From Porphyridium purpureum (taxonomy: Eukaryota): 64,000 nucleotides of DNA. The position numbers and the translations under genes are program-made. Below, in pieces: positions 28,940-38,933 of the stretch. The notes under the pieces were generated by a model. That model searched no databases. It was not told the DNA's origin and saw only the letters and a list, made by a program, of their open reading frames with translations. Position 1 is the first letter of the stretch. Each line of letters opens with the position of its first letter. The DNA is taken from contig VRMN01000003.1 in assembly GCA_008690995.1 (NCBI GenBank), positions 1,488,001 through 1,552,000 on the forward strand, given 5' to 3'.

Positions 28940-31900
28940 TTACTGCTTGGAAGCGGCAAAGCGGCTGAGTTCGGTTAAGCGCGCGGACAGCGCGGCGAGC
29001 TGAGATTCCAGGTCTTGCGCCTGCTTGCTAGTCTGTTGAACAACATCCGCGGGGGCGCGCTCAGCAAAGCCAGGGGCCGACAAGCGCTTGCGCAGGCCTT
29101 CCAGGTTCTTTTCCAGCCCCGCTTGCTGCTTCTCGAGACGCGCACGTTCCTTCTCCACATCAATGAGGTCGGCGAGCGGAAGGTACGCGGTCAAGTTTTC
29201 GGCTACGATCAACTGCGTGTACTCTCCACTGCCATATTGAGTTTGGTCAGTGCTATTCGACACGACCTCCACAGTTAACGCGCTTGGGTCGATTCTGGCG
29301 AGAAGTGCGAGCATGGCAACCTCTGTGCGGAAAGTTTCCGCCTCGACTTTGTCCGCAACCTGCAAAGTTACCGCAACGCGCTTTTTAGGTTCAACCTGAT
29401 ACTCCGCGCGCGCGTTTCGAACCGCGCGAACGAGCGCCTGCATTCGCTGAAAGGCGGCGACGTCGTTGGCGCTGACGACACTCACATCGACTGCCGGCCA
29501 CCTGGCGATGATGAGAGCCTCCTCTACCTGCTCATCATGCGGCAGACGCTGCCACACCGCCTCTGTCACGTATGGCATGAAGGGATGCAGAAGACGAAGG
29601 CAGCTGTCAAACACGTACAGCAGCGTGCATCGTGCTTCCATTTTGCGCTGCTCACTAAAGTCATCGCTCGCTAATCTCGTTTTGGAAATCTCGATGTACC
29701 AATCTGCAAACTCGTCCCACAAAAATTCCTGAATAAGTCGGCCGGACTCTCCAAAAGAATAATTATCCAGGGAGTTGGTGACAGCATCCACCAACAAGGT
29801 CAGCTTCGAAAGAATGTATCTTTCCGGTAAAAGAAGTGCTTCGAGCGACTCACAGGAGCGCCCAAAGTCACTTGAATTCAATGCTCTCAAAGTCGCGATG
29901 CTCTGCTCCGTTTCGAGATCTAGATTACCGAGGATATACCGACCAGAGTTCCACAGCTTGTTCGCAAAGTTGCGATTCGCCTCGACCTTCTCTTGACTTA
30001 ACGGAATATCCTGCCCCGGCGTCGACCCCGTCACAAGCGTGTAGCGCAGCGCGTCCGTGTTGTACTGGTCGATCATATCGAGAGGGTCGATGACGTTGCC
30101 CACAGTCTTGCTCATCTTTTTGCCCTTCGCATCGCGGACAAGGCCATGCATGTACACCACAGAGAAAGGTGGCTTGCCCATGAATTCGATACCCATCATA
30201 ATCATGCGCGACACCCAGAAGAACAGAATATCGTAGCCGGTCTCCATGACGACATTTGGATAAAAGCGCGCAAGATCAGGTGTCTCATTCGGCCAGCCCA
30301 AAGTCGCAAATGGCCACAGGCCGGACGAAAACCACGTGTCCAGCACGTCCGGGTCTTGTTCGAGAGTGACCGGCTTCTCGGGGCCGTACTTGCGCTCTGC
30401 CTGGTCACGGGCATCCTGCTCGCTACGGGCGACAATGAATTCCCCTGGTCGCTCAAGGACATGCCAAACTGGGATTCGGTGTCCCCACCAAAGCTGTCTT
30501 GAAATACACCAGTCGTGGATATTCTCCAGCCAGTTATAGTATACCTTCTCAAATCGCTCCGGTTTGAACTGGATGCTGCCACTTCGCACCGCCTCCAGCG
30601 CCGGTGCTGCGAGAGACTCCATGCGTACAAACCACTGAGTTGACAGACGGGGCTCGATAATTTCCCCGCCGCGCTGGGAGCGGGGTACACGCGTCGTGTA
30701 GTCTTCTACTTTCAGAACCAAACCCTGTGCCTCCATGTCTTCCCAAAGACGCTTTCGGCAGTCGAACCGATCAAGGCCTTCGTACTTTGGTCCACCTTGT
30801 GCGTTGATTGATGCATCAGCGTTCATGATGTTGAGCATCTCCAGACCATGCCGTTTGCCGATCTCATAATCATTAGTGTCATGTGCGGGTGTAATCTTAA
30901 GCGCACCAGTTCCAAACTCACGGTCTACATAGTCATCTGCGATGACAGGAATGGATCGGCCGAGGATCGGCACAAGCACCTTCTTTCCAATCAGCTTCTT
31001 GAACCTCGGGTCTTCCGGGTGCACGCACACAGCGGAATCACCTAAAATCGTCTCTGGCCGGGTGGTAGCGACCGGTATGTATTCATCAGCGTCGGTAGCG
31101 CCTTCAAGCATGTACTTGAAGTAGTACAGTTTACCCTGCTCATCACTGAATTCAACCTCGAGGTCCGACACGGCCGTCTGCAGGTTCGGCGACCAATTCA
31201 CCATGTACTCACCGCGATAAATTAAGCCCTTTTCGTGGAGGCGCACAAACGCCTCCGCAACTGCGGCAGAGCATTGGTCATCCAAAGTGAAACGCTCGCG
31301 ACTCCAGTCGCAACTCGCACCGAGACGACGCATTTGCTGGGTGATGTAGCCTCCTTTCTCCTCCTTCCACTTCCATACGCGTTCCAGAAACGCCTCACGC
31401 CCTAGATCCGTCTTTTTTAAAGGGGGACTTTCCTTGGCGAGCGCGCGCTCCACCAGCAGCTGTGTCGCAATACCCGCGTGGTCCGTTCCGGGAAGCCACA
31501 GCGTGCATTCACCCTTCATGCGACGGTAGCGGGTCATAATATCCTCCACTGTGGTGAACATGGCGTGTCCCATATGCAGTCCGCCAGTGACATTGGGAGG
31601 AGGCATGGCCATCATGAACGCTGGCACGCTCGGGTCATTCAGAGTGGCGGCATTTGGCGCGAAGTAGCCACACTCTTCCCACCATTGGTACATAGCCTGC
31701 TCCACGTTCTGCGCTTCATATTTTGTATCCATGGGCTCATCGAGCTTGAGCTTCTCCCTCAGTTCCTTCACGCGCGCGACCGCGCTTTTCTTGCGCTTCT
31801 CATCTGCCGCGGACCCAGACGTTGAGGAGGAAGACGATAATGACACCTCATTGGACGCAATGCTCATGGAAATTCCTCTGGTGCCTTTTGCGCGTCTGCC

Positions 31901-32101
31901 GAGCATGCTCGAGTGGGCGATGCTTGCGGTGACTTTAGCCTGCATGGGGCCTCGCAAGCGTCGAACAAACGCTCTTGACGCCGCGGTAGCCGCGACCGTC
32001 GCGTGACACCCCAGCACAGACATGGCCGGAATCGCAGGCACGAAACACGCCGGCGCAGAGCTCGAGCTCTCCATTCTTGTGTTCGGCAGGCGCGCAGCCA
32101 T
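28940..32101 (-). CDS. valS: Valyl-tRNA synthetase, organellar (bacterial-type)
   Basis: PPPNVTGGLHMGH, DHAGIATQ, WCISRQLWWGHRIP, DTWFSS, KMSKT and a C-terminal coiled coil. Long transit peptide; start at ATG 32101 or 32074. Confidence 0.97.
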   Translation of the reverse strand: MAARLPNTRMESSSSAPACFVPAIPAMSVLGCHATVAATAASRAFVRRLRGPMQAKVTASIAHSSMLGRRAKGTRGISMSIASNEVSLSSSSSTSGSAADEKRKKSAVARVKELREKLKLDEPMDTKYEAQNVEQAMYQWWEECGYFAPNAATLNDPSVPAFMMAMPPPNVTGGLHMGHAMFTTVEDIMTRYRRMKGECTLWLPGTDHAGIATQLLVERALAKESPPLKKTDLGREAFLERVWKWKEEKGGYITQQMRRLGASCDWSRERFTLDDQCSAAVAEAFVRLHEKGLIYRGEYMVNWSPNLQTAVSDLEVEFSDEQGKLYYFKYMLEGATDADEYIPVATTRPETILGDSAVCVHPEDPRFKKLIGKKVLVPILGRSIPVIADDYVDREFGTGALKITPAHDTNDYEIGKRHGLEMLNIMNADASINAQGGPKYEGLDRFDCRKRLWEDMEAQGLVLKVEDYTTRVPRSQRGGEIIEPRLSTQWFVRMESLAAPALEAVRSGSIQFKPERFEKVYYNWLENIHDWCISRQLWWGHRIPVWHVLERPGEFIVARSEQDARDQAERKYGPEKPVTLEQDPDVLDTWFSSGLWPFATLGWPNETPDLARFYPNVVMETGYDILFFWVSRMIMMGIEFMGKPPFSVVYMHGLVRDAKGKKMSKTVGNVIDPLDMIDQYNTDALRYTLVTGSTPGQDIPLSQEKVEANRNFANKLWNSGRYILGNLDLETEQSIATLRALNSSDFGRSCESLEALLLPERYILSKLTLLVDAVTNSLDNYSFGESGRLIQEFLWDEFADWYIEISKTRLASDDFSEQRKMEARCTLLYVFDSCLRLLHPFMPYVTEAVWQRLPHDEQVEEALIIARWPAVDVSVVSANDVAAFQRMQALVRAVRNARAEYQVEPKKRVAVTLQVADKVEAETFRTEVAMLALLARIDPSALTVEVVSNSTDQTQYGSGEYTQLIVAENLTAYLPLADLIDVEKERARLEKQQAGLEKNLEGLRKRLSAPGFAERAPADVVQQTSKQAQDLESQLAALSARLTELSRFAASKQ

Positions 32102-33348
32102 TCCCACTCGGTCTACCCTGCGCGTTCGCTCTGGCTGCCTCGCGCCCTTCACCAACGCCTCGAGCCGAAACGCCGGCCGTGAGCAGCCGACTCGAGCTGG
32201 AGATTGAACTCTCTAGGTGTACAGCAGGTACAGCAAATAAATAAAGTACTATTAGGTACAGTCATGAGCGGGAGGTTTCGCTTCAAGGTGGTGGACGCTC
32301 GGCAACCGCAGCGGCAAGCGGTGTTCGGCGCCATGATGAGGGTAGCTTTCCTGCGAGCATGAAGGGCGGAAGCCTGTTCGCGCCCATCCGGGCTCAGCGA
32401 TAACGTGAAACACAAAATGCAGGGTAGCCGAGGCGTGCCCCAGGCAGAACCAGGTGCGCACACGTGAAGCGCAACAATGTGGTGTTGAGGACGGTTGAAC
32501 AAGGCGTATCATACTGCCCGGTCCCGATTTTGGCGCGGAAAGGCATCACATGCGGCTGTGGTTCCTTCTCGTTTGGGCGTGGCGCATCGCCTCGGCACTC
32601 GCTGTGCGCAGAAAGCCAGGCGCGGCGGGCACTGACAAAGTGAATTCCCGGACCTGGACAGCGAAGACTGGGCAAGTGACGGACGGAGATAAGGGTTGTA
32701 TCACTGTGTGGTTGATGCGGAGGCGGCTGGGTACGACTTGAAGCATGGTGAACAGCCTGGGCAAGGGGCTGTCGTTGCTGGAAGGTGAGAAGGAAGCAGA
32801 AGGTCGTTATAGCCAAGCAAGCATGCAAACGTGAAGGCATTTGACACTGGGGCGCCGAATTTTCATAAAGATTCGGAAATGCGAGGGACGCACGCCGCCG
32901 CGTGACGTTTGGAGAATCACTTCGCTTGAGTGCATTTGACTTTCAGTGGAATGTCAGGGTCTCAATACTCGGGGGGTCGATCGCTTGCGTACACTTGCTC
33001 AAACTCGAGCTGTTTGTGCAAATCACGGTTGCGTCGAATGATGTCAGTGATGCCGTAGAAACTGCATCCTCCGGTGCGGTCCGAGGTGTGGGAAGAACAA
33101 GCTAAAAGCACCAACGGCGAAATGGATCACCTTGCAACGGTGCGAAGAAACGTTTCTTGCGTAAGTGCGAAGCGCTGCGCATTTCGGTGTCCATCACTGC
33201 GAACAAACCGCCCTCCCAGCAGTGAAGTTTGGTTGAACGGAACATCTGCGACTGTGAGGCTGTGAGATGCGTTGCACGATTTTGAAGCTCTCGATAACTT
33301 CGCAGAATCGTGTATGCGACCTCCGGGGTCAGCATCGTTATTTGCTTG

Positions 33349-34860
33349 CTATTGGTAGAATTCGTCCACGCCAATGCCGTGGTGGAGCACGAGATATGCA
33401 CCAAGAAAGGCCGACATGCCACCCATGAACATGATGACGCTCACGTCTGCGGCAACGCGGAGAATAAGCGGGCTGATCAGCGCCACGATTAGTTGTGGCC
33501 CTGCCTGGCACGCATTGAACAAAGCTGAAAAGACACCGACCTTGTCCGGGTACATGCGCTGCACGGCAACGCCCATCAGACTCCACGGAATTGTCATGGC
33601 AGACGCCATGAAGATGCCCATTAGCCCAATAGTACTCACTGCTGCAATCTGCAGCCCCAAGCTGGGCATAACGCCGGGCGAGCCCCGCAAAAAGAGCGGC
33701 AGACAAAGCCCAATCCCCTCCACGGCCTGGCTGATAAAATAAACTTGTCGCAGGCCAAGGCGGCGGACGAGCTTGGGCAACGCGGCCGCATAGACTATCG
33801 TCACGAGAGCGCACATTGAAAGGCCAATATTCCCCACCCGAACCCCTTTTTCGTAGAGCATCCGCTCGGTGGTGCCGCGAGGCGCCGATGAGACGCCTCG
33901 GAACACATTCAAAGCGACCCAGTCGACGGCGTATACCATAATGGAGAAGAAGCCAAACCAAGCACAAAACTGCACGGCAAATACTTGCCAATAGGGTACT
34001 GGCGCCTCATACATGACGATGCTTAGCGTGCTGCCCAAGTCATCGAATTCGACATCGTCCTCTTCAAAGCTGTGCTCGGTTTCGCGGTCGCCAAGCACGT
34101 GCTCATCGTTCATGTTCCCTTCTCCAAGCAGACGTGCTTTCTCATCGATATCGATCTGCTCCCGCCGATTTGCTTGTTCCGCAACTCGGTTGGGCGCCTC
34201 GCTTGTGAATACGACGCACAAGACGATCGTGAGGTCCAGCAGCAGCATGGCCAAGAAGAATAAAATCTGGATGTTTTCCTGGAAGAATGTCCATCCCATG
34301 CTGCGAAAATCAAGCGAGCCCAGGTAGCTTCCGAGAAGATTGCCCAAGCCCACCATGAACGCAAAGTACGCGTTGCCTGTGGCCTGCTGTGCCTCCGGCG
34401 TGACGTCAGTCAGGAGAGCGCGCAGCGGGCCTTGGATAGCGTTGACCGAAAAGTCAAGAAAGAAAAAGCCCATGATGCCGAAGAAAATTGACCAGGCAGT
34501 GAGCGAGCCGCCGAGCGCGGTAGCGCACGCGCGACCCAGCTGGGCGGCGTTGGAAAACATGATCAACGCCAAGGAGGAGAGCACGCAGCCGATGATGAGA
34601 AACGGCCTCCTCTTTCCGAGTGGCGACACGCAGCGGTCTGACAGCACGCCGATGAGCGGCTGCATGATGAGACCGGATAGGGGCCCGGCGAGCCACGCGA
34701 GGCTCACGTACTGCGTGCCCATGCCCAGCACTTCAAGCTGCGGCGTGCCATGCCCAATTTGCACGGCGTAGCAGATCTGCACGCCGCACATTGCGACTGT
34801 CAGCATCAACAGCCGCCATTGTGGCAGTCCCTGTTCTGCTCTGCCACTCATCCTCCCCAT
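33349..34860 (-). CDS. SUT/SLC45-type glycoside:H+ symporter (MFS, GPH family)
   Basis: GVQICYAVQ, WLAGPLSGLIMQPLIGVLSDRC.S.LGKRRPF and LDFSVNAIQGPLRALL.D; about 12 TM helices. Confidence 0.92.
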   Translation of the reverse strand: MGRMSGRAEQGLPQWRLLMLTVAMCGVQICYAVQIGHGTPQLEVLGMGTQYVSLAWLAGPLSGLIMQPLIGVLSDRCVSPLGKRRPFLIIGCVLSSLALIMFSNAAQLGRACATALGGSLTAWSIFFGIMGFFFLDFSVNAIQGPLRALLTDVTPEAQQATGNAYFAFMVGLGNLLGSYLGSLDFRSMGWTFFQENIQILFFLAMLLLDLTIVLCVVFTSEAPNRVAEQANRREQIDIDEKARLLGEGNMNDEHVLGDRETEHSFEEDDVEFDDLGSTLSIVMYEAPVPYWQVFAVQFCAWFGFFSIMVYAVDWVALNVFRGVSSAPRGTTERMLYEKGVRVGNIGLSMCALVTIVYAAALPKLVRRLGLRQVYFISQAVEGIGLCLPLFLRGSPGVMPSLGLQIAAVSTIGLMGIFMASAMTIPWSLMGVAVQRMYPDKVGVFSALFNACQAGPQLIVALISPLILRVAADVSVIMFMGGMSAFLGAYLVLHHGIGVDEFYQ

Positions 34861-35914
34861 CCATCCATCCCTCCCCCTCTGCTTCCTCTTCCCCTTCCCT
34901 CACTTCCGAGACACCACTCACACCCGCCAGTTCCAGCCGCACAACCAGCTGTACCTGAAAGCTGTACATATGCTCTCTGTCACAAGTACAGTTGTCAGGT
35001 TCAGTGCGTGCTTTGTGACGAAGACGCCGAAGACGCACAAGGGGCAGAAGACGCAGAAGAAGAAGAGGGAGACGAGGGAGACGAGGGAGACGAGGACGAC
35101 GATGAACACGAAGAAGAAGGTGGTTGTTGTGAAGCTGCTCGGACAACACGTAGCGCCGACATGAACTGGCGACCCCAAACCCAGATGATAGCACGATCGT
35201 ACGCTTGTTCAACGCCGAACAATCTGGCCTGGCGCTGATTTCATCCCTGCAGAAATGCGGCGGCCACGCTCTGCGCGCGACATGATGCGCAGCCCACACG
35301 TCTTCGTCACCGCTCTGTCCCGTGCCCTTCCTGCCACCACCCTCACCACCGCCACCACCAGCGGCAACGCAGCTCGTTACCGGCTCCGCCGCTATCCCAT
35401 AAACCGTTAACCGCAGTGGCGCATGCAGTGTGCTTTGCCAGCGGTGTTGCAGTGAGTGTGTGTTGTTTTAGTGCGGACCACAGAAAACACAGCGCGCGCC
35501 ACGCACAAACGACACACGCGCGTGATTTTTGGAACTAGCGGAACCAGAACCGCCCCGAAAAATGGGCCAAAAGTGTGGGTTGTGCGCGGTGTTTGGTGGT
35601 GGAGCGCTGCTGCGCGTGGAGCGCGCTGGGAAGAAGGAAAGATGGAATGAGAGAAGGTGAAGGGGGCACGGTAGGGAAGAGTGGAGTTGTGCGCGAGCGG
35701 GAGGGCGAGCGGCGAGGTGAGACGTGAAGTGCCTCGTTCGGGCCGGGTGGTGGAGCGGTGGCGAAAGAGAGAGAGAGAGAGAGGGCTGGTGGGTAGGATT
35801 GAAGGGGTGTGGGTGTGGGTGTGTGGATGAGAGCGCGTGTGCGAAACGGCAGGGTATGCGGGAAGGCAGGGCGGTGTGGCGTGTGGAGCGTGTGAGGAAG
35901 CGGCACGAAGCGGA

Positions 35915-37462
35915 ATGCGACACGTTGCGTCGGTGAGTTCTAATTTTGCGATGGAGCGCGCGCCGTCCATGGGCTCGTTTGTGGGGCTGGATAAGGTTCC
36001 GTCGGTGGGCTCGCTCAGTGCGTACGGCTTGGACACCCCGCGGATGTCAGAGTTGGTCGGCGCCGCGCAGGCGTCGTCCGCACCGCCGCCGCTGGCCATG
36101 CACTCGAGCGTGTACGCTCAGGCAGCGCCCGCGTCACAGCAGACGCTCTCCTCGTCGTTTCTCCCGTATGACACGTACGGCTCACAAATGCAGCATCTGC
36201 AACATCCGCACGCGCAGCAACAATTGCATCTAGCAAATCAACAGCAGACACAACAACAACAACAACTGCAGCAGCAGCAGCAGCAGCAGCAGCATCAACA
36301 GCATCAACAGCATCAACAGCATCAACAGCATCAACAGCAACAACAACAACAACAACAGCATGGGCTGGTCGGAGCGGGACAGATGTTCAACGTTCCATCG
36401 CTTGGCCACGTGGGATCCATGAACCAAATTTCCTCGATGCCGCGCATCTCATCCCTACAGACTCTCAAGAACGTGACCTCGATCGATCGATTTCCGCGAG
36501 CTCCGTCGTTCTCGAATATGACACGTGATGTGGATCCCATGAGCTCAAGTTCAAACCTTTTGGCGCTTTTGAATGACTCGCCGTATATGGGTGCTACGCT
36601 GCCGTCCTCTGGGGGGTCAGGCATATTGAACGTCGACCAGCTCCGGTTTTCTTCGTCGTTTATGAGCCTTGGTAACGCGGGCCCAAGGGCACAACAGATG
36701 ATGCCGCGTTCCGCGTTTCAGTCGACGCCACCGGGCCAGACCTACTCCGTGGGGACCCTTGCTCCTCACCAGTCGGTAGGAGGGAACTGGGACTGGGCAG
36801 CTAATTCCAGCGTGCCAGTGATTGAGCGGGGCGGCAATGTGGTGGCGTCTGGATTGCACAAAGATGGAAGCGGCCTTTTTGCTGAACTTCCCGTGGGTGC
36901 TTCTCCAGACGACCGGATAGAAGCAACTGGTTCCCGATCCTCACATCTGCACCCTCACGCATCAGAAGCGGACCGGCTTCGACGCGCGGGCAAAGATGCA
37001 ACTTCCACACCGCAGGCCGACTCGGGAGGCTCAGATGCGATTCTTTCATTGTTTTCTCGATTGCGGACCCAGAATCGTCAATTGGAAGAGCTTCGTGCTA
37101 GACAGTCCGATGATTCAGACGCAGAGCGAAAGAAGCGCGTCAAAGCGCGCGACCCTCGCAACGGTAAGTTCGCTCCCATGCAAAGGTCAGGTGTGGTGGC
37201 AGAATCGCTAGCAAAGAAACCAGGCCGGCGGAGACACCAGCGCTTGCTCGAAGGCATGAAAGTACAAATGCGCCTGTTGCTATCCAAGGCACAGACTGTA
37301 AATCTCTTGACTGAGTTGCTCGGCCGCGAGCAGAGAGCGCTGGCGGCAACGCAGGATACCCTTCGAGAGGAGAACCGTATATATGTCCATCAGCTGAGCA
37401 TTCTCAACTCAGTCAATTCCACGAAGCGACGAAGCGTCGCGCCTCGAGACCGCCGAGGTTGA
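35915..37462 (+). CDS. Low-complexity polyglutamine protein with C-terminal basic region and coiled coil (putative transcription regulator)
   Basis: Long ORF with a Q/H tract, repeated (R/K)xxSxxSL motifs, RKKRVKARDPRNGKF and a heptad-like C-terminus. Confidence 0.65.
   Translation: MRHVASVSSNFAMERAPSMGSFVGLDKVPSVGSLSAYGLDTPRMSELVGAAQASSAPPPLAMHSSVYAQAAPASQQTLSSSFLPYDTYGSQMQHLQHPHAQQQLHLANQQQTQQQQQLQQQQQQQQHQQHQQHQQHQQHQQQQQQQQQHGLVGAGQMFNVPSLGHVGSMNQISSMPRISSLQTLKNVTSIDRFPRAPSFSNMTRDVDPMSSSSNLLALLNDSPYMGATLPSSGGSGILNVDQLRFSSSFMSLGNAGPRAQQMMPRSAFQSTPPGQTYSVGTLAPHQSVGGNWDWAANSSVPVIERGGNVVASGLHKDGSGLFAELPVGASPDDRIEATGSRSSHLHPHASEADRLRRAGKDATSTPQADSGGSDAILSLFSRLRTQNRQLEELRARQSDDSDAERKKRVKARDPRNGKFAPMQRSGVVAESLAKKPGRRRHQRLLEGMKVQMRLLLSKAQTVNLLTELLGREQRALAATQDTLREENRIYVHQLSILNSVNSTKRRSVAPRDRRG
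36240..36360 (+). repeat. Coding CAA/CAG microsatellite with (CAGCATCAA)x5
   Basis: Read directly from the sequence; encodes the polyQ/QQH tract. Confidence 0.9.
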
Positions 37463-37861
37463 CTTGTGGTCGGCTGGACTATCAGGCCTGTCACAAGTGT
37501 TTTTCCTACCGATAGCGAATGTGTGAACATTAGACACGTCTGCGCAGATGAACCTGCTCATGCAGAAGGATAAGAAAGCAAATCATGCCTTAGTGTGATA
37601 CGAATAATGCACGTTCCTCAACCCCATCCTAATGTAAATTTCAGTCCTGTATGAGAGTTTGAGGCACTGCCAGTTTTGATTAAACCGCTCGAGCCTTTTG
37701 TACCCACGCTCTTCCCACCGGTCGATCTCGATGATCCTGGCACCGGCTGCTGGCACCCAGGTGACACTCTTCATCTTTGCCTGGCCACACGAACGGGTGG
37801 CCTTCTTCCACAGATTGACACTATCTTGTCTCAGCGTGGGCCGCCTGGTGCGTCTACTGAG

Positions 37862-38833
37862 CTAAAGATGTTGCTCGACGGTCCATACGAGAAAACCACT
37901 GGTCTCCACGTGTACCGTCGACTCCAAAGCGCGATTGCTGGTCGACACGAACTTGCCGAGCTCGAGTCGATGTCCGTTCAGATTCCATTGCAGACCAGAA
38001 GTTGTCACACTTTCGCACGCCCCCGCGAGAGGAATAAGACCGCACGTTGCGCCCTCGCAGCTCAAGTCCAGCTCAATTTGATGCATCCCAGGAGTGAGTA
38101 CCGTCGTCCAGCTCGAACTGCTTAGCATGTAGAGCGTGCCCGGATATTCGAGGGAGTGCATTTCACTGAGTGCAGCCAACACGTGATCGAAGCGGCCACC
38201 GTCGCAACCTAAAAGTACCATGGCCGGAAGTGACTTTTCATCAGCATCAGGAAGGCTTGTTTCCTGCGAAGTGTGTCGCAACTGCTGCACGGCCAATCGA
38301 ATGCCCTTCATCAGATCGTTCGAGTGTTGATCCCGGTCTTCCTGGATTTGGGTGCCGCGGCACGAGTAGTAACTTAGCACCTCAGGCCGCAGTGAATCTA
38401 GATCACCGACAATGTATGATGGCACATACGCGTGCCTCCTAGCGTTCTGGTCATCGCTACATCCGTCATACAGGCGATTCGCACCGCCATCCGCACAAAT
38501 TCTCACATGTGCGCGCCCCCACAGCCGAACGAAGCATTCCGGCGAAATACTTACGCGTGGGCATGAGCCGTTCAGAAACAGAAGCGCGACAGGACGGACA
38601 TTCGCACTGCTGACCACGCCGGTCTTTACAAGACCACTAATCGAGTGCTTCTTCACCGGTGCCAAGTGCGGCTCTTTCATGATTGAGACGCTCGCCTTTT
38701 TCCGGGCAGTCCGTTTCGCACGAAGACCCGGACGGTCGAACCAGGATCGAGCGGGTGCGAGGCCAAAGCTGCAGTGGCGTTGCAGAGTAAGAAAGGCTTG
38801 CACGGCAAACGCAACCCCATCCGGTCGAAGCAT
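37862..38833 (-). CDS. TPK1: Thiamine pyrophosphokinase, with probable transit peptide
   Basis: CADGGANRL, VGDLDS, DQHSNDL.K, GGRFDH, CGLIP, TTSGLQWNL and STSN. The upstream part of the 446-aa ORF overlaps the next gene, so the start is placed at ATG 38833. Confidence 0.93.
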   Translation of the reverse strand: MLRPDGVAFAVQAFLTLQRHCSFGLAPARSWFDRPGLRAKRTARKKASVSIMKEPHLAPVKKHSISGLVKTGVVSSANVRPVALLFLNGSCPRVSISPECFVRLWGRAHVRICADGGANRLYDGCSDDQNARRHAYVPSYIVGDLDSLRPEVLSYYSCRGTQIQEDRDQHSNDLMKGIRLAVQQLRHTSQETSLPDADEKSLPAMVLLGCDGGRFDHVLAALSEMHSLEYPGTLYMLSSSSWTTVLTPGMHQIELDLSCEGATCGLIPLAGACESVTTSGLQWNLNGHRLELGKFVSTSNRALESTVHVETSGFLVWTVEQHL

Positions 38834-38933
38834 GCTACAGCGCCGCACCACGAGCTGTTTTGTATTCCCCTTCCACGCTCTTTTATAATTTTCTGAAGAT
38901 ACACGTGTAGTCGCTAGATGTACAAGAAAAATA

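Noticed and set aside
32260..33340. Short ORFs between ValRS and the sugar transporter
   Set aside because: There are no recognisable domains and no consistent coding signal.
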